Below, piece after piece: positions 56,001-64,000 of a stretch of DNA of 64,000 nucleotides. Source of the DNA: Deltaproteobacteria bacterium (GTDB taxonomy: Bacteria; Myxococcota; JACRCW01); NCBI GenBank assembly GCA_016218805.1, contig JACRCW010000081.1, forward strand, positions 1 to 64,000, given 5' to 3'. The notes beneath the pieces are model-generated. The model had not been told where the DNA came from. It ran no database searches and worked only from the letters and a program-made list of their open reading frames with translations. Each line of letters starts with the position of its first letter. The stretch's first letter is position 1. Position numbers and translations under genes: made by a program.

Positions 56001-58385
56001 CGGTTTGACCCGTCCGCGCTGACGGTGCGGGCGCCACGGGTGGACCTGTTTCTTGCCGGCCCGGCCACGGACCTGCCGCTGGGCGGACCGGGTAACCCGT
56101 ACAAAGGCGTTGCCCACCTGGAGGTGGACGACGGCGCAGGTTTCTCCCCGCTGTGCCCGGGCTTCATCACGGACGAGGCGTGGGACCCGTGCCGCGCGGT
56201 CTCACCGTGCACGGACCCACGCCTGCGCTGCACCGGCACCACGCCGTCGGCGGTGAACGTGGCGCTGGTGGCCGGGCTGGCCAACCGGGTCGCGGTGCGC
56301 GCGGTGGACCTGGCCGGCAACGTCGGTGACGGCGTCAGCCAGGTGATTGCCACGGAGAGCGACGAGCCGGCGGGCCTGGCGGCGGGCAGCCAGGAGGCGC
56401 CGCACCTGTGGGGAACCACGCTCGCCTGGCAGACGCGGAACACGGGCTTCTCCGTCGTGGAACTGGGGACCAACCGCCGCGTGGACACCACGGACCCGCA
56501 GTGCGGACAGAGCACGTTCGGGTCTTTCAGGGTGACCGCGTCCCCGGGCGCGGCCGGCGTGGCGTACCTGGATGGCCAGGACGTGAAGCTGCGCCGACGT
56601 GGCGCCGACGGGCTGCTGTGCACGGCGGACGATCCGGCGGACCTGGTCCTGTACACGTCCCCCGCGGGTGCACTGAAGGAGGTGTCGCTGTCCGGTGGAC
56701 GCGTGGCCTTTGTGGAGACGGCCTACGATGTCCCGTCGCGCCTCACCACCGCCGATGTCCGGGTGAAGGAGGCGGGCCCCGACGGGGTTTTCGGCACTAC
56801 TGATGACACCACCGTGGTGGTGAGCCACAGCACGTATTCGGGGAATGACCCGTCCGGGCTCAGCCTGGCGGGCGCGTGCCTGCTGTGGAGCGGACCGCCC
56901 TCTTCCGACGTGGACGGGTGGCAGGTCGTCTGCACAGCATCGAGCTTCGCGAGTCCGCTGGGTTCCCACTCGTTCACGGCCGCGGCCGCGGCGTTGGCAG
57001 CGGACGGGCTTGCCCTGGTGCGCGGCGTGTTTGACCCGTTCCCCGTGCCAACGTTGTGGTTACACCGCCGCGCGGCCGGCACGCTGTTCAACGGGACGGG
57101 CGTGCGCCGTGACTACCCGGCGGGGGCGGCCACGCAGTCCTACGGATGGTCGGTGGCGGTGGACGGCGTGCACGTTGCGAGCCTTGAGCAGGCGACCGAG
57201 GGAGCGCTGGGCCGGATCACCGACTGGAACGCGGGACCGGACGGCGCATTCGGCAGTGGCGACGACGATCTCCGCCGCCTGGCCCCCGCCTCCGTCACGC
57301 GCCTGGGCGCCTCGCTGGCGGGCGGGCTGCTGGTGTTCTCCTCCGGCGGTGACAGCGCGCGCGACATCCTGTCCATGGACCTCACCACGATGCGGTGGGA
57401 GTCCGTGGGCACCACCGCCGCCCACGTCCACCCCGTCCTGAACGGCGCGGGCACGCTCGTGTTCCAGCGCGGGCAGGACCTCGTTGCGCGGTCGCCGTCC
57501 GGACGGGAGACCGTGCGGGAGAGCGTTGGTGGTGCGTTCTCCGGGCACGGGATGGCCGCGTCGGGGGAGTTCCTGCTGCTGGCGGAGGCGCCGCCGTCCA
57601 CGCCCGGCAGCCCGCAGCCCACGCTGTTCCGCGCCGGCACCGACGGACTGTTCTTCACCGACGACGACCCGGCACCGGCCGTCCACGACATAGCGGGAAC
57701 GCGCCACGGGGCGTACCTGGGCGGCGGCAAGGGCATGGTGGTGCACGCTTCGCCCGTGGATGGCCTGCCTGAGCCCGTTGTGTTGGAGCCCGGGACCGGT
57801 CCGCTGGAGCTGGCCACGCAGGTGTCGTTGGGAACGGGATGCTCGGAGGGGGCCAACTCATACTGGGGTGGCATCTCACGGCGGCACGCCATGTGGGATT
57901 CCGGCAACTGGGCCATCTGCATCCACGACGCAGGACCGGACGAGGAGTTCGGCACCGGGGATGACCTGCCCTCGGCAAAGCTGGGCTCGTGGAACAACGT
58001 CCGGTTCGCGTGGATGGATGAGCGCCGGATGGTGATCAACACGCAGTTCACCGGTGAACTGTCCGTCGTGGACACGGGCCCGGACGGCCGCTTCAACACC
58101 GCGGATGACGTCACCACGCCCATCCCGCTCCACGGACGACAGGCGATGCACGTGGCGCTGGCGGGGAACGCGCTGGCGTACGTGGCCACGCCATCCGGCA
58201 CGGAGGGCGCGCAGGTGTACCTCCACGATCTCGCCACGGGACGGGCGACGCAGCTGACGTCGCACCACTCCAGCAAGTGGACGTCCGAAGGCTACGCCAT
58301 GCAGCTCGCCGTTGATGCGTCCGGGCGGACGGTGTGGACGGACACCCTGTTCCCGTACCCGTCACTGTTCGTGCACATCCCCTGA
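53001..58385 (+). CDS. Giant (1794 aa) surface lipoprotein: carboxypeptidase-regulatory-like domains, tandem Ig-like repeats and a C-terminal beta-propeller-like region
   Basis: GGAGG RBS, ATG 53001, lipobox LAGAC, repeated G.K.V....D.AGN...D...P units, and about 7 G(P)DG.F.T.DD loops. Confidence 0.88.
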   Translation: MSRFAFPWLVAVLMLAGACTSNRTDTRVVITGRVQLTAIPGLNDMSRVRIDIGRGEGGVVPDADGQFELSDLEPDVYTLVITFTGGLTPQASRSAYRRHELRVVGRSGGDINLGTLVLQLATGRVTGRVEQTDGRDPAGATASLRTMDGKTLQAPVTGGLYVLESVPVGEHSVTVTKPLYAAGSAQPQCAPLVAVVEEDAVVEATPMVLAPTAVGLVPGAVGILDTEGTTWYLQRDATGVAVRVLSTYATQGRVWLASGGTLSGDGGVVPFTAFQPDGYVVDVPDGRSTVLLQFADRCGYESPVYSLTIIRDRTAPRLDLVMLNGGAPFITAPTTRMLVVATDELDGPLELRRALCTVPALGAVPQCTLPLEASPWDAYQADDNVTFDPQQGGKAVQVQVRDRSGNVSEIATALVTLDSLPPVNPLVVIGNGSELVSTNRVVVTVQAEGATRMKVGPVSGLAGVAWQPMVATFPVDLPGTDGEKRVYAVFADDAGNETGEVSGRAVLDATPPSAPLVTLGDPASAPWVSDAYAPLVVLTTDDDRATLTLRLRGDTAGGARDYGWSAIPSHVDLAKGDGSKRVLASLVDRAGNESPVTETVVQLDTLAPLVRSVVVNNGAEYTGAALLVLALDVTGAAEMRIQCDGAFDTETWGQAAADADCPAPVGDGLKTVRGMFRDAAGNTVTVTARPVVLDTLGPAGTLEVAGLTSTSTGFRTREPFVDLLMTALDPPAGTRSGSGTRWMKVWNGSGSEPADWLEFRPSMRWQLPTGDGPKEIHLKLADGVGNPSTTAITASLTLDQTPPTLPRLAALPAATSAAAVLPALDTPSTDVHSAPVTYQLRVDPSSPTWTTVTFPLVTPVPLAAGERNLVRLRSLDAAGNVSAEDAAAVVQDATGPREPVLLVSRQHVNATTASVTIVNPDPDDAGLRFEGCTENIPATATCSRTCTPVDLPSSVVLSLSAGGKTCVFARSVDAAQNASGLAVTWLISDLSAPRPPDLAPRFDPSALTVRAPRVDLFLAGPATDLPLGGPGNPYKGVAHLEVDDGAGFSPLCPGFITDEAWDPCRAVSPCTDPRLRCTGTTPSAVNVALVAGLANRVAVRAVDLAGNVGDGVSQVIATESDEPAGLAAGSQEAPHLWGTTLAWQTRNTGFSVVELGTNRRVDTTDPQCGQSTFGSFRVTASPGAAGVAYLDGQDVKLRRRGADGLLCTADDPADLVLYTSPAGALKEVSLSGGRVAFVETAYDVPSRLTTADVRVKEAGPDGVFGTTDDTTVVVSHSTYSGNDPSGLSLAGACLLWSGPPSSDVDGWQVVCTASSFASPLGSHSFTAAAAALAADGLALVRGVFDPFPVPTLWLHRRAAGTLFNGTGVRRDYPAGAATQSYGWSVAVDGVHVASLEQATEGALGRITDWNAGPDGAFGSGDDDLRRLAPASVTRLGASLAGGLLVFSSGGDSARDILSMDLTTMRWESVGTTAAHVHPVLNGAGTLVFQRGQDLVARSPSGRETVRESVGGAFSGHGMAASGEFLLLAEAPPSTPGSPQPTLFRAGTDGLFFTDDDPAPAVHDIAGTRHGAYLGGGKGMVVHASPVDGLPEPVVLEPGTGPLELATQVSLGTGCSEGANSYWGGISRRHAMWDSGNWAICIHDAGPDEEFGTGDDLPSAKLGSWNNVRFAWMDERRMVINTQFTGELSVVDTGPDGRFNTADDVTTPIPLHGRQAMHVALAGNALAYVATPSGTEGAQVYLHDLATGRATQLTSHHSSKWTSEGYAMQLAVDASGRTVWTDTLFPYPSLFVHIP

Positions 58386-58389
58386 TCCA

Positions 58390-58436
58390 GCGCACCGCCA
58401 GCGGAACGGCCGGACCGGTTCACGGCAACGCAAGGT
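58390..58436 (+). repeat. 47-bp direct repeat, right copy, overlapping the 3' end of the 58420..58692 ORF
   Basis: GCGCACCGCCAGCGGAACGGCCGGACCGGTTCACGGCAACGCAAGGT. Confidence 0.9.
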
Positions 58437-58692
58437 CCACCAGCCACAGCGCGCAGGTGAGGGCATGCAGGCGCATGGCGCATGTCCGGACGACGCCCGT
58501 CCGCCGCCGTGCCACCAGCCAGCCGAGCAGCGGCACGGTGGCGGCCCACAGCGGCCAGGCGTTCTGGAAGGTGTTGCCCGGCACGTCACGCGCCGTCACG
58601 CGCACCAGGCCCCACCACAGCACGCCAAGCTGCAGCGCCGCCGTGGCAAACATCCACGCGGCATCCCACGCGGTGAGGGCCGGCGCGCCCAC
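58420..58692 (-). CDS. Small hypothetical membrane protein
   Basis: About 3 hydrophobic segments. The start abuts the yajQ stop directly. Confidence 0.6.
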   Translation of the reverse strand: MGAPALTAWDAAWMFATAALQLGVLWWGLVRVTARDVPGNTFQNAWPLWAATVPLLGWLVARRRTGVVRTCAMRLHALTCALWLVDLALP

Positions 58693-59184
58693 TCAGTCCC
58701 GGAAGTTGTTGAACTGCAGCACCAGGGACAGCTGTTCCTGCTGGCCGCGCAGCAGGTTCATGGCCGCCTGCAGTTCGTCCTTCTGCTTGCCCGCCACGCG
58801 CACGGCGTCACCCTGGATGGACGCCTGCACCTTCAGCTTGCTGTCACGGATGAGCGCCTGGATCTCTTTTGCCTTCTCCTGGGCAATGCCCTGCTTGAGT
58901 TTGATGAGCTGGCGCACCTGCTGGTTGCCCACGCCTTCCACCTTCTGCTCGTCCAGGAACGTGAGGCTCACGCCGCGCTTGCTCAGGCGCGCGTACAGCA
59001 CTTCCAGCGCTGCCTTGCACTTCTCCTCGCTGTTGGTGCGGATGACAATGTCCTCCCCCGCGCGCTCCAGTGACGTGTTGGTGCCGCGGAAATCGTACCG
59101 GCCCACAATCTCCTTGCGGGCCTGGTCCACGGCGTTCTCCACCTCGTGCTTCTGGTAGTTGGACACGACGTCAAATGAGGGCAT
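58693..59184 (-). CDS. yajQ: YajQ family nucleotide/cyclic di-GMP-binding protein
   Basis: MPSFDVVS, NAVDQA.KEI..RYDF.G, KLKVQASIQGD.VRV.GK.KD.LQ and QF.NFRD. Confidence 0.96.
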   Translation of the reverse strand: MPSFDVVSNYQKHEVENAVDQARKEIVGRYDFRGTNTSLERAGEDIVIRTNSEEKCKAALEVLYARLSKRGVSLTFLDEQKVEGVGNQQVRQLIKLKQGIAQEKAKEIQALIRDSKLKVQASIQGDAVRVAGKQKDELQAAMNLLRGQQEQLSLVLQFNNFRD

Positions 59185-59199
59185 CACAGGCTCCTGGGT

Positions 59200-60966
59200 T
59201 CACGAAAACAGGACCGGCCGGCCCGTCAGCGTGGGGTCCGTGCCCGACGCATGTGGCACCAGCGAGCGCAGGATGGCGCGCACCATCTGGGGCAGGCTCA
59301 GGTGGCTGCCATCCACCACCACGCGGTCCGGCCGGGGCGGGGGGGGCGCCTCGTCCGGGTCCGGCGGGGGCGGGACGGACGGCGGTGGCGGCGTGGTTTC
59401 CAGGTGCGCCTGCCGCCGCGCCGCGCGCAGCGCCGGGGACGCCCACAGCTGGAACACGCGCGCGCTGGGCGGCATGAGCCCCTCCAGGCTCTTGGCCTCC
59501 ACCACCGCACCCCGCACGCCCGCACGCAACACAAACTCCCGCAGCGCCGCGCGCACCGCCGGGTGCTCCAGGACGTCCGCCGCCGGCCCCGCAAAGCCGG
59601 AGGTGTCCCGCGCCGCCTGCAGCGCATCATGCCCGTCCCACAACAGCCGCAGCTTCCCGTCAACCAGGTGCACCTGCAGGCGCCGCACCATGTCCGCCAG
59701 CATGGGGCCGTCCACCGCGTCCGGCCGGCCGGTGGCCCACGCGGCGGAGCGCAGTACCGCGGCAATGCCCACCCACGGCACCCGCAGCCGCTGCGCCAGG
59801 TCCTGCGCCAGCGGCGTCTTGCCTGTGTACGGGGGACCCTCCACGCCCACCAGCGGACAGGTCCCGCGCAGGCGCAGTTCCTCCACGGCAATGAGCGCAC
59901 CCATGGCGCCCACCTCGCTGAGGGACAGCGGCCGCGCCGGCCCGGTGAAGTCCCGCAGCCCGTTCATGGCCAGCCGCATGTTCTCCCGCGCCACGTCGGC
60001 AAACCACTCCAGCGCCTCGCCCTGGCCGGACAGGCCCTCGTCCAGCACGTCCGTGAGATCCTGCAGCTCGCGCAGGCCGCCCACCGCGCGCTGCAACCGG
60101 AACAGCACGCGCCACGCGCACACCCGCGGCACCAGCGTGGCGTCGCGCCCGGCGCGCTGGGCCAGGTAGCCTTCCAGCACGGCCCGGGTGGCGGCTTCCG
60201 TGAGTTCCGCGCGCTCCGCCAGCTGCGCCAGGTCCGCGGCGCCGTCTCCCGCGTGGGATTGCTCAAACCCGGTCAGCATCCACCGGTCATCCACCGTGCG
60301 CATCACGCGCGGCAGGTCAAACGCGCCGTGACACAGCACGCGCGGGGGCGGCGGAAGGAAGTGGTGCTCCTGCGCCACCACGTAGCGCCGCAGGGCGCGC
60401 ATCAGGTCGGACAGGCTCATGGTGAGCAGGTCCTGCGGCAGCCCGTCGCGCTCGCGCCGCGCCAGGTAGGCTTTCACGTCGTCAGACAGCGCCTGGAAGG
60501 CAGCCATCAGGGACACGGGGCCCAGCGTGGGCGCGCGCAGGCGCAGGGACACATCGCCCTCGGCGTGCAGGCGCGCCAGCACGCCGCCCACCTGGCCGGC
60601 TTCGTCGCCCTGCAGCGGCGCGGTGGGGCGCTTGCCCGCGGGTTCGCGCAACAGGTGGTGCGGCTGGGGCAGCACTTCCGTGCCCAGGGATTCCGCCAGC
60701 AGCTGCGGGGCCAGGCCGGACCCGGCCAGGTAGCGCAGCGCAAACGCCTCACGCTTGAGCCAGGCCACCTTCTGCGGGTGCGCCACGCGCAGCGTCACGC
60801 GCTGGCGTCCGGTGGACAGCAGCACGGATTGCAGCAGGAAGTTCCCGTGTTCCCCCTTGATGGTGACGCGCCCCGCGCGGATGCCCGCGCGCGTGAGCAG
60901 CACCTGCGCCGCCTGCAGCGTGCCGCGCGGGCCGGGGAAGCTGCTGTCGGTGGACGAGCCGACCAT
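59200..60966 (-). CDS. Fusion of an APH/choline-kinase-fold domain with degenerate catalytic motifs and a cytidylate-kinase-like P-loop domain
   Basis: RE..AL..L.....AP, VLCHG and GD.A.DLA in the first domain. GVEGPPYTGKT..A..LA.RL, HP.VR, L.AS...RA.RR and VDGS.LS..Q.V..I in the second. Start uncertain. Confidence 0.75.
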   Translation of the reverse strand: MVGSSTDSSFPGPRGTLQAAQVLLTRAGIRAGRVTIKGEHGNFLLQSVLLSTGRQRVTLRVAHPQKVAWLKREAFALRYLAGSGLAPQLLAESLGTEVLPQPHHLLREPAGKRPTAPLQGDEAGQVGGVLARLHAEGDVSLRLRAPTLGPVSLMAAFQALSDDVKAYLARRERDGLPQDLLTMSLSDLMRALRRYVVAQEHHFLPPPPRVLCHGAFDLPRVMRTVDDRWMLTGFEQSHAGDGAADLAQLAERAELTEAATRAVLEGYLAQRAGRDATLVPRVCAWRVLFRLQRAVGGLRELQDLTDVLDEGLSGQGEALEWFADVARENMRLAMNGLRDFTGPARPLSLSEVGAMGALIAVEELRLRGTCPLVGVEGPPYTGKTPLAQDLAQRLRVPWVGIAAVLRSAAWATGRPDAVDGPMLADMVRRLQVHLVDGKLRLLWDGHDALQAARDTSGFAGPAADVLEHPAVRAALREFVLRAGVRGAVVEAKSLEGLMPPSARVFQLWASPALRAARRQAHLETTPPPPSVPPPPDPDEAPPPPRPDRVVVDGSHLSLPQMVRAILRSLVPHASGTDPTLTGRPVLFS

Positions 60967-61043
60967 GGGGCCGCGCACGCTAGCAGCAGGACGGACGCCG
61001 CCACCATGGCGCGGCCGGGCACGCCGTATGGCAGGGTCCCGCA

Positions 61044-61934
61044 TCAGGCCAGCGCGGCGTACGCGTCGTGCGCTTCGCGCACCAGGTCCTCCACAATCTG
61101 GCCCACCGGTTTGATCTGGTTGATGAGCCCCACGCCCTGCCCGGCGCTCCAGATGTCCCGCCACCGCTTGGCGCCGTCCGGGCCCCGCGCCACCTCAAAG
61201 TCCGCCGGCACCGTGTCACGGATGAAGTTGGCGTGGATGCCGGAGATGCGGTCCGTGTAGACAATGTCCTCCGGCCCGGCCGTCAGCACCCGCTGCTTGT
61301 AAGCGTCCTGCGCACCGGACTCGGCGGACGCAATGAACCGCGTGCCCATGTAACAGAGCTCCGCTCCCAGCGAGAGGCTCGCCAGGACCTGCCGCCCGTC
61401 GGTGATGCACCCCGCGGCAATGATGGGGACTTGCAGTTCCTCCTTCAACCACGGGTAAAGCACAAACGGCGAAATGGTCCCCGCGTGCCCGCCGCCACCC
61501 GCCGCCACGGCAATGATGCCGTCCACGCCCGCCTTGACCGCCTTGCGGCCGTGCGTGAGGCCAATGACGTCATGGAACACCACCATGCCGTGCTCATGCG
61601 CGCGCCGGACAAACTCCGTGGGATTGCCGTAGCTGGTCAGCAGCACGGGCACGCGGTGCCGGATGCACGCCGCCAGGTCCGCCTCCAGCCGCTCCGGTGG
61701 CGTCAGGCCAATGGTCAGGTTGATCCCAAAGGGCCGGTCTGTGCGCGCGCGGATGTACGCCAGGTCCTGGTCAAACTGCTGTGGCGTGCGCGCGTTGAGG
61801 GACGGCATGCACCCCAGGATCCCGGCTTCTGCGCAGGCCAGGATCATGTCCGGGTTGGAGAGGAGGAACATGGGTGCCGCAACAAAGGGATACCGCAGAC
61901 CCAGGCGTGTGCTGAGAGGCGTGGCAAGCTTCAT
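61044..61934 (-). CDS. Nitronate monooxygenase family (FabK-like) flavoprotein
   Basis: YP.V.APMFL.S, PFGINL, AGGGGHAG, IIAAG.I.DG, YMGTRF and W.DIWSAGQGV motifs. Confidence 0.92.
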   Translation of the reverse strand: MKLATPLSTRLGLRYPFVAAPMFLLSNPDMILACAEAGILGCMPSLNARTPQQFDQDLAYIRARTDRPFGINLTIGLTPPERLEADLAACIRHRVPVLLTSYGNPTEFVRRAHEHGMVVFHDVIGLTHGRKAVKAGVDGIIAVAAGGGGHAGTISPFVLYPWLKEELQVPIIAAGCITDGRQVLASLSLGAELCYMGTRFIASAESGAQDAYKQRVLTAGPEDIVYTDRISGIHANFIRDTVPADFEVARGPDGAKRWRDIWSAGQGVGLINQIKPVGQIVEDLVREAHDAYAALA

Positions 61935-61963
61935 GGCGAGCGAACCTAGCACCACGCGCGCGG

Positions 61964-63784
61964 TTGGCCTGCCGCCGCCGTTGGTGCATCCTGTCCCGCA
62001 TCCTGTCGGTCACCCTGTTCAAACCCGAGGAGCCCGCTTTGGACGCCGCGGTTGCCTGGCCCCCCAAGTCGCCCCTGCACCGCGCGCTGCTGGCCGCCGC
62101 GTTGTTCGTTGTCGTTGTGCTGCTGGCCGCGGGGCTGCGCGGCTGGGCCGGCTTGGATGCGGGCGCGCTGCTGGTGCTGCCCGCGTTTGCCACCGGCGCG
62201 TTGCTGGGCGTGCGCGGCGGGCTCACGGCGGCGGGCGCGGGGTGCCTGGCCGGCGTGGCGGTGCCGCTGTGGTCTGGCGTGGCGGCCGCGGATGCGCTCA
62301 TGCTTGGGGTCCCGCTTGCGGTGGCGCAACTGGCGGCCGGGGCGCTGGCGGGCCGGCAGCACCAGCGCCTGCGCGTGGCCCGTTCCGCCCTGGCGGACCA
62401 GCGTGACGTGGAGGAGCAGGTCACCTTCATGGCCTACCATGACCTGCTCACCAGCCTGCCCAACCGCCTGTTGTTCACGGACCGCCTCCAGGTGGAGATG
62501 ACGCGCGCGCGCAAGCACTCCGAGCAGCTGGCGGTGATCTTTGTTGACGTGGACCGCTTCAAGGTCATCAATGACTCCATCGGGCATGAAGCGGGTGACG
62601 AGGTGGTGTCCGAGGTGGCAACCCGCCTGAAGGCCGGCCTGGGCGAGCACGACGCACTGGCGCGGTTTGCGGGGGACAAGTTTGTGCGGCTGTGCGGCGG
62701 GCTGCGCACCGCGTCCGACGCCGACAAGGTGGCGGCGGGGATTGCGCACGCCATGAAGGCGCCCTTCCGCGTGCGGGACCGCCCGCTCAATGTCACCGTC
62801 ACCATGGGCATTGCATCCTTTCCCAGCGACGGGAACGACGCCTCCACGTTGCTGCGCAACGCGGAAGTGGCCATGTACCGCGGCAAGGAAAAGGGCCGGA
62901 ACACCTGCGAGACCTACGACCCGTCCATGAACGCGCGCGCCGCCGAGCGCCTGGGCCTGGAGACGGACCTGCGCACCGCGCCCGTCAACGGCGAGCTGCG
63001 CGTGTTCTACCAGCCGGAGGTGGATGCACGGACGGGGCGCGTGGTGGGCGTGGAGGCGCTCATCCGCTGGCAGCACCCGCGCCTGGGCCTGGTGTCCCCC
63101 ATGGATTTCATTCCGCTGGTGGAGGAAGCGGGCATGGCGGACCTGGTGGGCGGTTGGGTGCTGCGCACCGCGTGCGCGCAGGCGCGGGTGTGGCAGCGCA
63201 TGGGGCACTCGTTGCGGTTGGGGGTGAACGTGTCCGCGCGCCAGGTCACCGGCGGCCGCCTGATGCGGGACGTGGAGGCCGCGCTGGGTGAATGCGGCCT
63301 CCCGCCCGGCCTGCTGGAACTGGAGATCACAGAGAGCATTGCCATGAACGAGGACGCCGCCGCGCTGCAGACGCTGGAGGAGCTGACGGGCAAGGGCATC
63401 CGGATCGCCATCGACGATTTCGGGACGGGCTATTCGTCGCTGTCACGCCTGCGGCGCCTGCCCGTGCAACGGGTGAAGATTGACCGCGCGTTTGTCATGA
63501 ACGTGGACAAGGACGAACGCGACACCGCCATGGTCAGCGCGATTGTGGCGCTGGCCCGCGCGCTGAAGATTGATGTCATTTCGGAGGGTGTGGAGACCCC
63601 CGCGCAGCGCGAGAAGCTGGTGGAGCTGGGGTCGGACCAGCTGCAGGGCTACTACTTCGCCCGGCCGCTGCCCAGGGAGGAACTCACCCGGCGGTTGTCC
63701 AAGACCCGCGGCTCCGTTGTCCTCCCGGATTCGTCGCCACCGCAGGCCGCCACCGCGCCCAAGCCGGTCCCCGCCGGCGGTTGA
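61964..63784 (+). CDS. Membrane-anchored GGDEF-EAL protein, probable c-di-GMP phosphodiesterase (start uncertain)
   Basis: N-terminal TM helices, YHDLLT.LPNR, degenerate AGDKF, and intact EAL, ELEITE, DDFGTGYSSL, KID, EGVE and QGY. Confidence 0.92.
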   Translation: MACRRRWCILSRILSVTLFKPEEPALDAAVAWPPKSPLHRALLAAALFVVVVLLAAGLRGWAGLDAGALLVLPAFATGALLGVRGGLTAAGAGCLAGVAVPLWSGVAAADALMLGVPLAVAQLAAGALAGRQHQRLRVARSALADQRDVEEQVTFMAYHDLLTSLPNRLLFTDRLQVEMTRARKHSEQLAVIFVDVDRFKVINDSIGHEAGDEVVSEVATRLKAGLGEHDALARFAGDKFVRLCGGLRTASDADKVAAGIAHAMKAPFRVRDRPLNVTVTMGIASFPSDGNDASTLLRNAEVAMYRGKEKGRNTCETYDPSMNARAAERLGLETDLRTAPVNGELRVFYQPEVDARTGRVVGVEALIRWQHPRLGLVSPMDFIPLVEEAGMADLVGGWVLRTACAQARVWQRMGHSLRLGVNVSARQVTGGRLMRDVEAALGECGLPPGLLELEITESIAMNEDAAALQTLEELTGKGIRIAIDDFGTGYSSLSRLRRLPVQRVKIDRAFVMNVDKDERDTAMVSAIVALARALKIDVISEGVETPAQREKLVELGSDQLQGYYFARPLPREELTRRLSKTRGSVVLPDSSPPQAATAPKPVPAGG

Positions 63785-63886
63785 CGCGCGGGGGCGCATC
63801 CGCCAAACGGCCGATGGCCGGCCCGGTGGCCGCCTGCCAAAGGCGTTGTCCGGCCGTATTTCTTCCCCCGTCACCAAGGAAACCCC

Positions 63887-64000
63887 ATGCGCCAGATGCG
63901 TCACGTCCTGCTGTTTCCCCTTGTGCTCGCCGGCTCCCTGCCGTTCGCGTGCACGGGCGGCAACTCATCCTCCTCCTCGGGTGACCCGGGGCGGAGCAGC
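63887..64000 (+). CDS. 5' end of a lipoprotein with a Ser-rich linker (truncated by the window edge)
   Basis: AAGGA RBS, then MRQMRHVLLFPLVLAGSLPFAC-TGGNSSSSSG. Confidence 0.7.
   Translation, partial: MRQMRHVLLFPLVLAGSLPFACTGGNSSSSSGDPGRSS

Noticed and set aside
52751..58436. Prophage, ICE or IS call for the repeat-flanked segment
   Set aside because: No integrase, transposase, terminal inverted repeats or tRNA target is visible.

Overview
A very GC-rich, gene-dense 64 kb chromosomal segment, most likely from a Myxococcota-like deltaproteobacterium. This is an inference from a MYXO-CTERM thrombospondin/MtsC-like protein, a TIGR04551-like protein, a bacNOP-like bactofilin triplet, an FHA-GGDEF protein and many Cys-rich or Ser-linker lipoproteins. 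About 50 plausible CDSs are present. Metabolic and housekeeping genes include the RNase R 3' end, fabH, qor, an M24 aminopeptidase, yajQ, Hsp20 and a nitronate monooxygenase-family gene. Transport genes include an MFS permease, a MacAB-type ABC exporter and a TonB-dependent receptor. Signalling genes include a sigma54 activator with no regulatory domain, GGDEF and EAL proteins, and SixA. Many genes encode surface lipoproteins. I found no rRNA, tRNA, CRISPR array, transposase or integrase. The most notable observations are: (1) a tightly coupled 5-gene envelope operon (lipoprotein, alpha/beta-hydrolase lipoprotein, TIGR04551-like barrel, paralogous lipoprotein, spinster-like MFS) that looks like an uncharacterised import or lipid-scavenging system; (2) a 147-bp palindromic element sitting in frame inside the signal peptide of that barrel gene; (3) a 5.6-kb islet carrying a 1794-aa lipoprotein, bounded by a 47-bp direct repeat (43/47 identical); (4) an APH-pseudokinase fused to a degenerate cytidylate kinase; (5) a squalene/phytoene synthase coupled to a geranylgeranyl reductase-family gene; (6) a PLD-HhH-HhH-PLD protein and a CxxCH-bearing prenyltransferase-barrel protein. 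All family assignments come from motif recognition by eye, not from database searches, and many starts were re-called downstream of the ORF-track starts.
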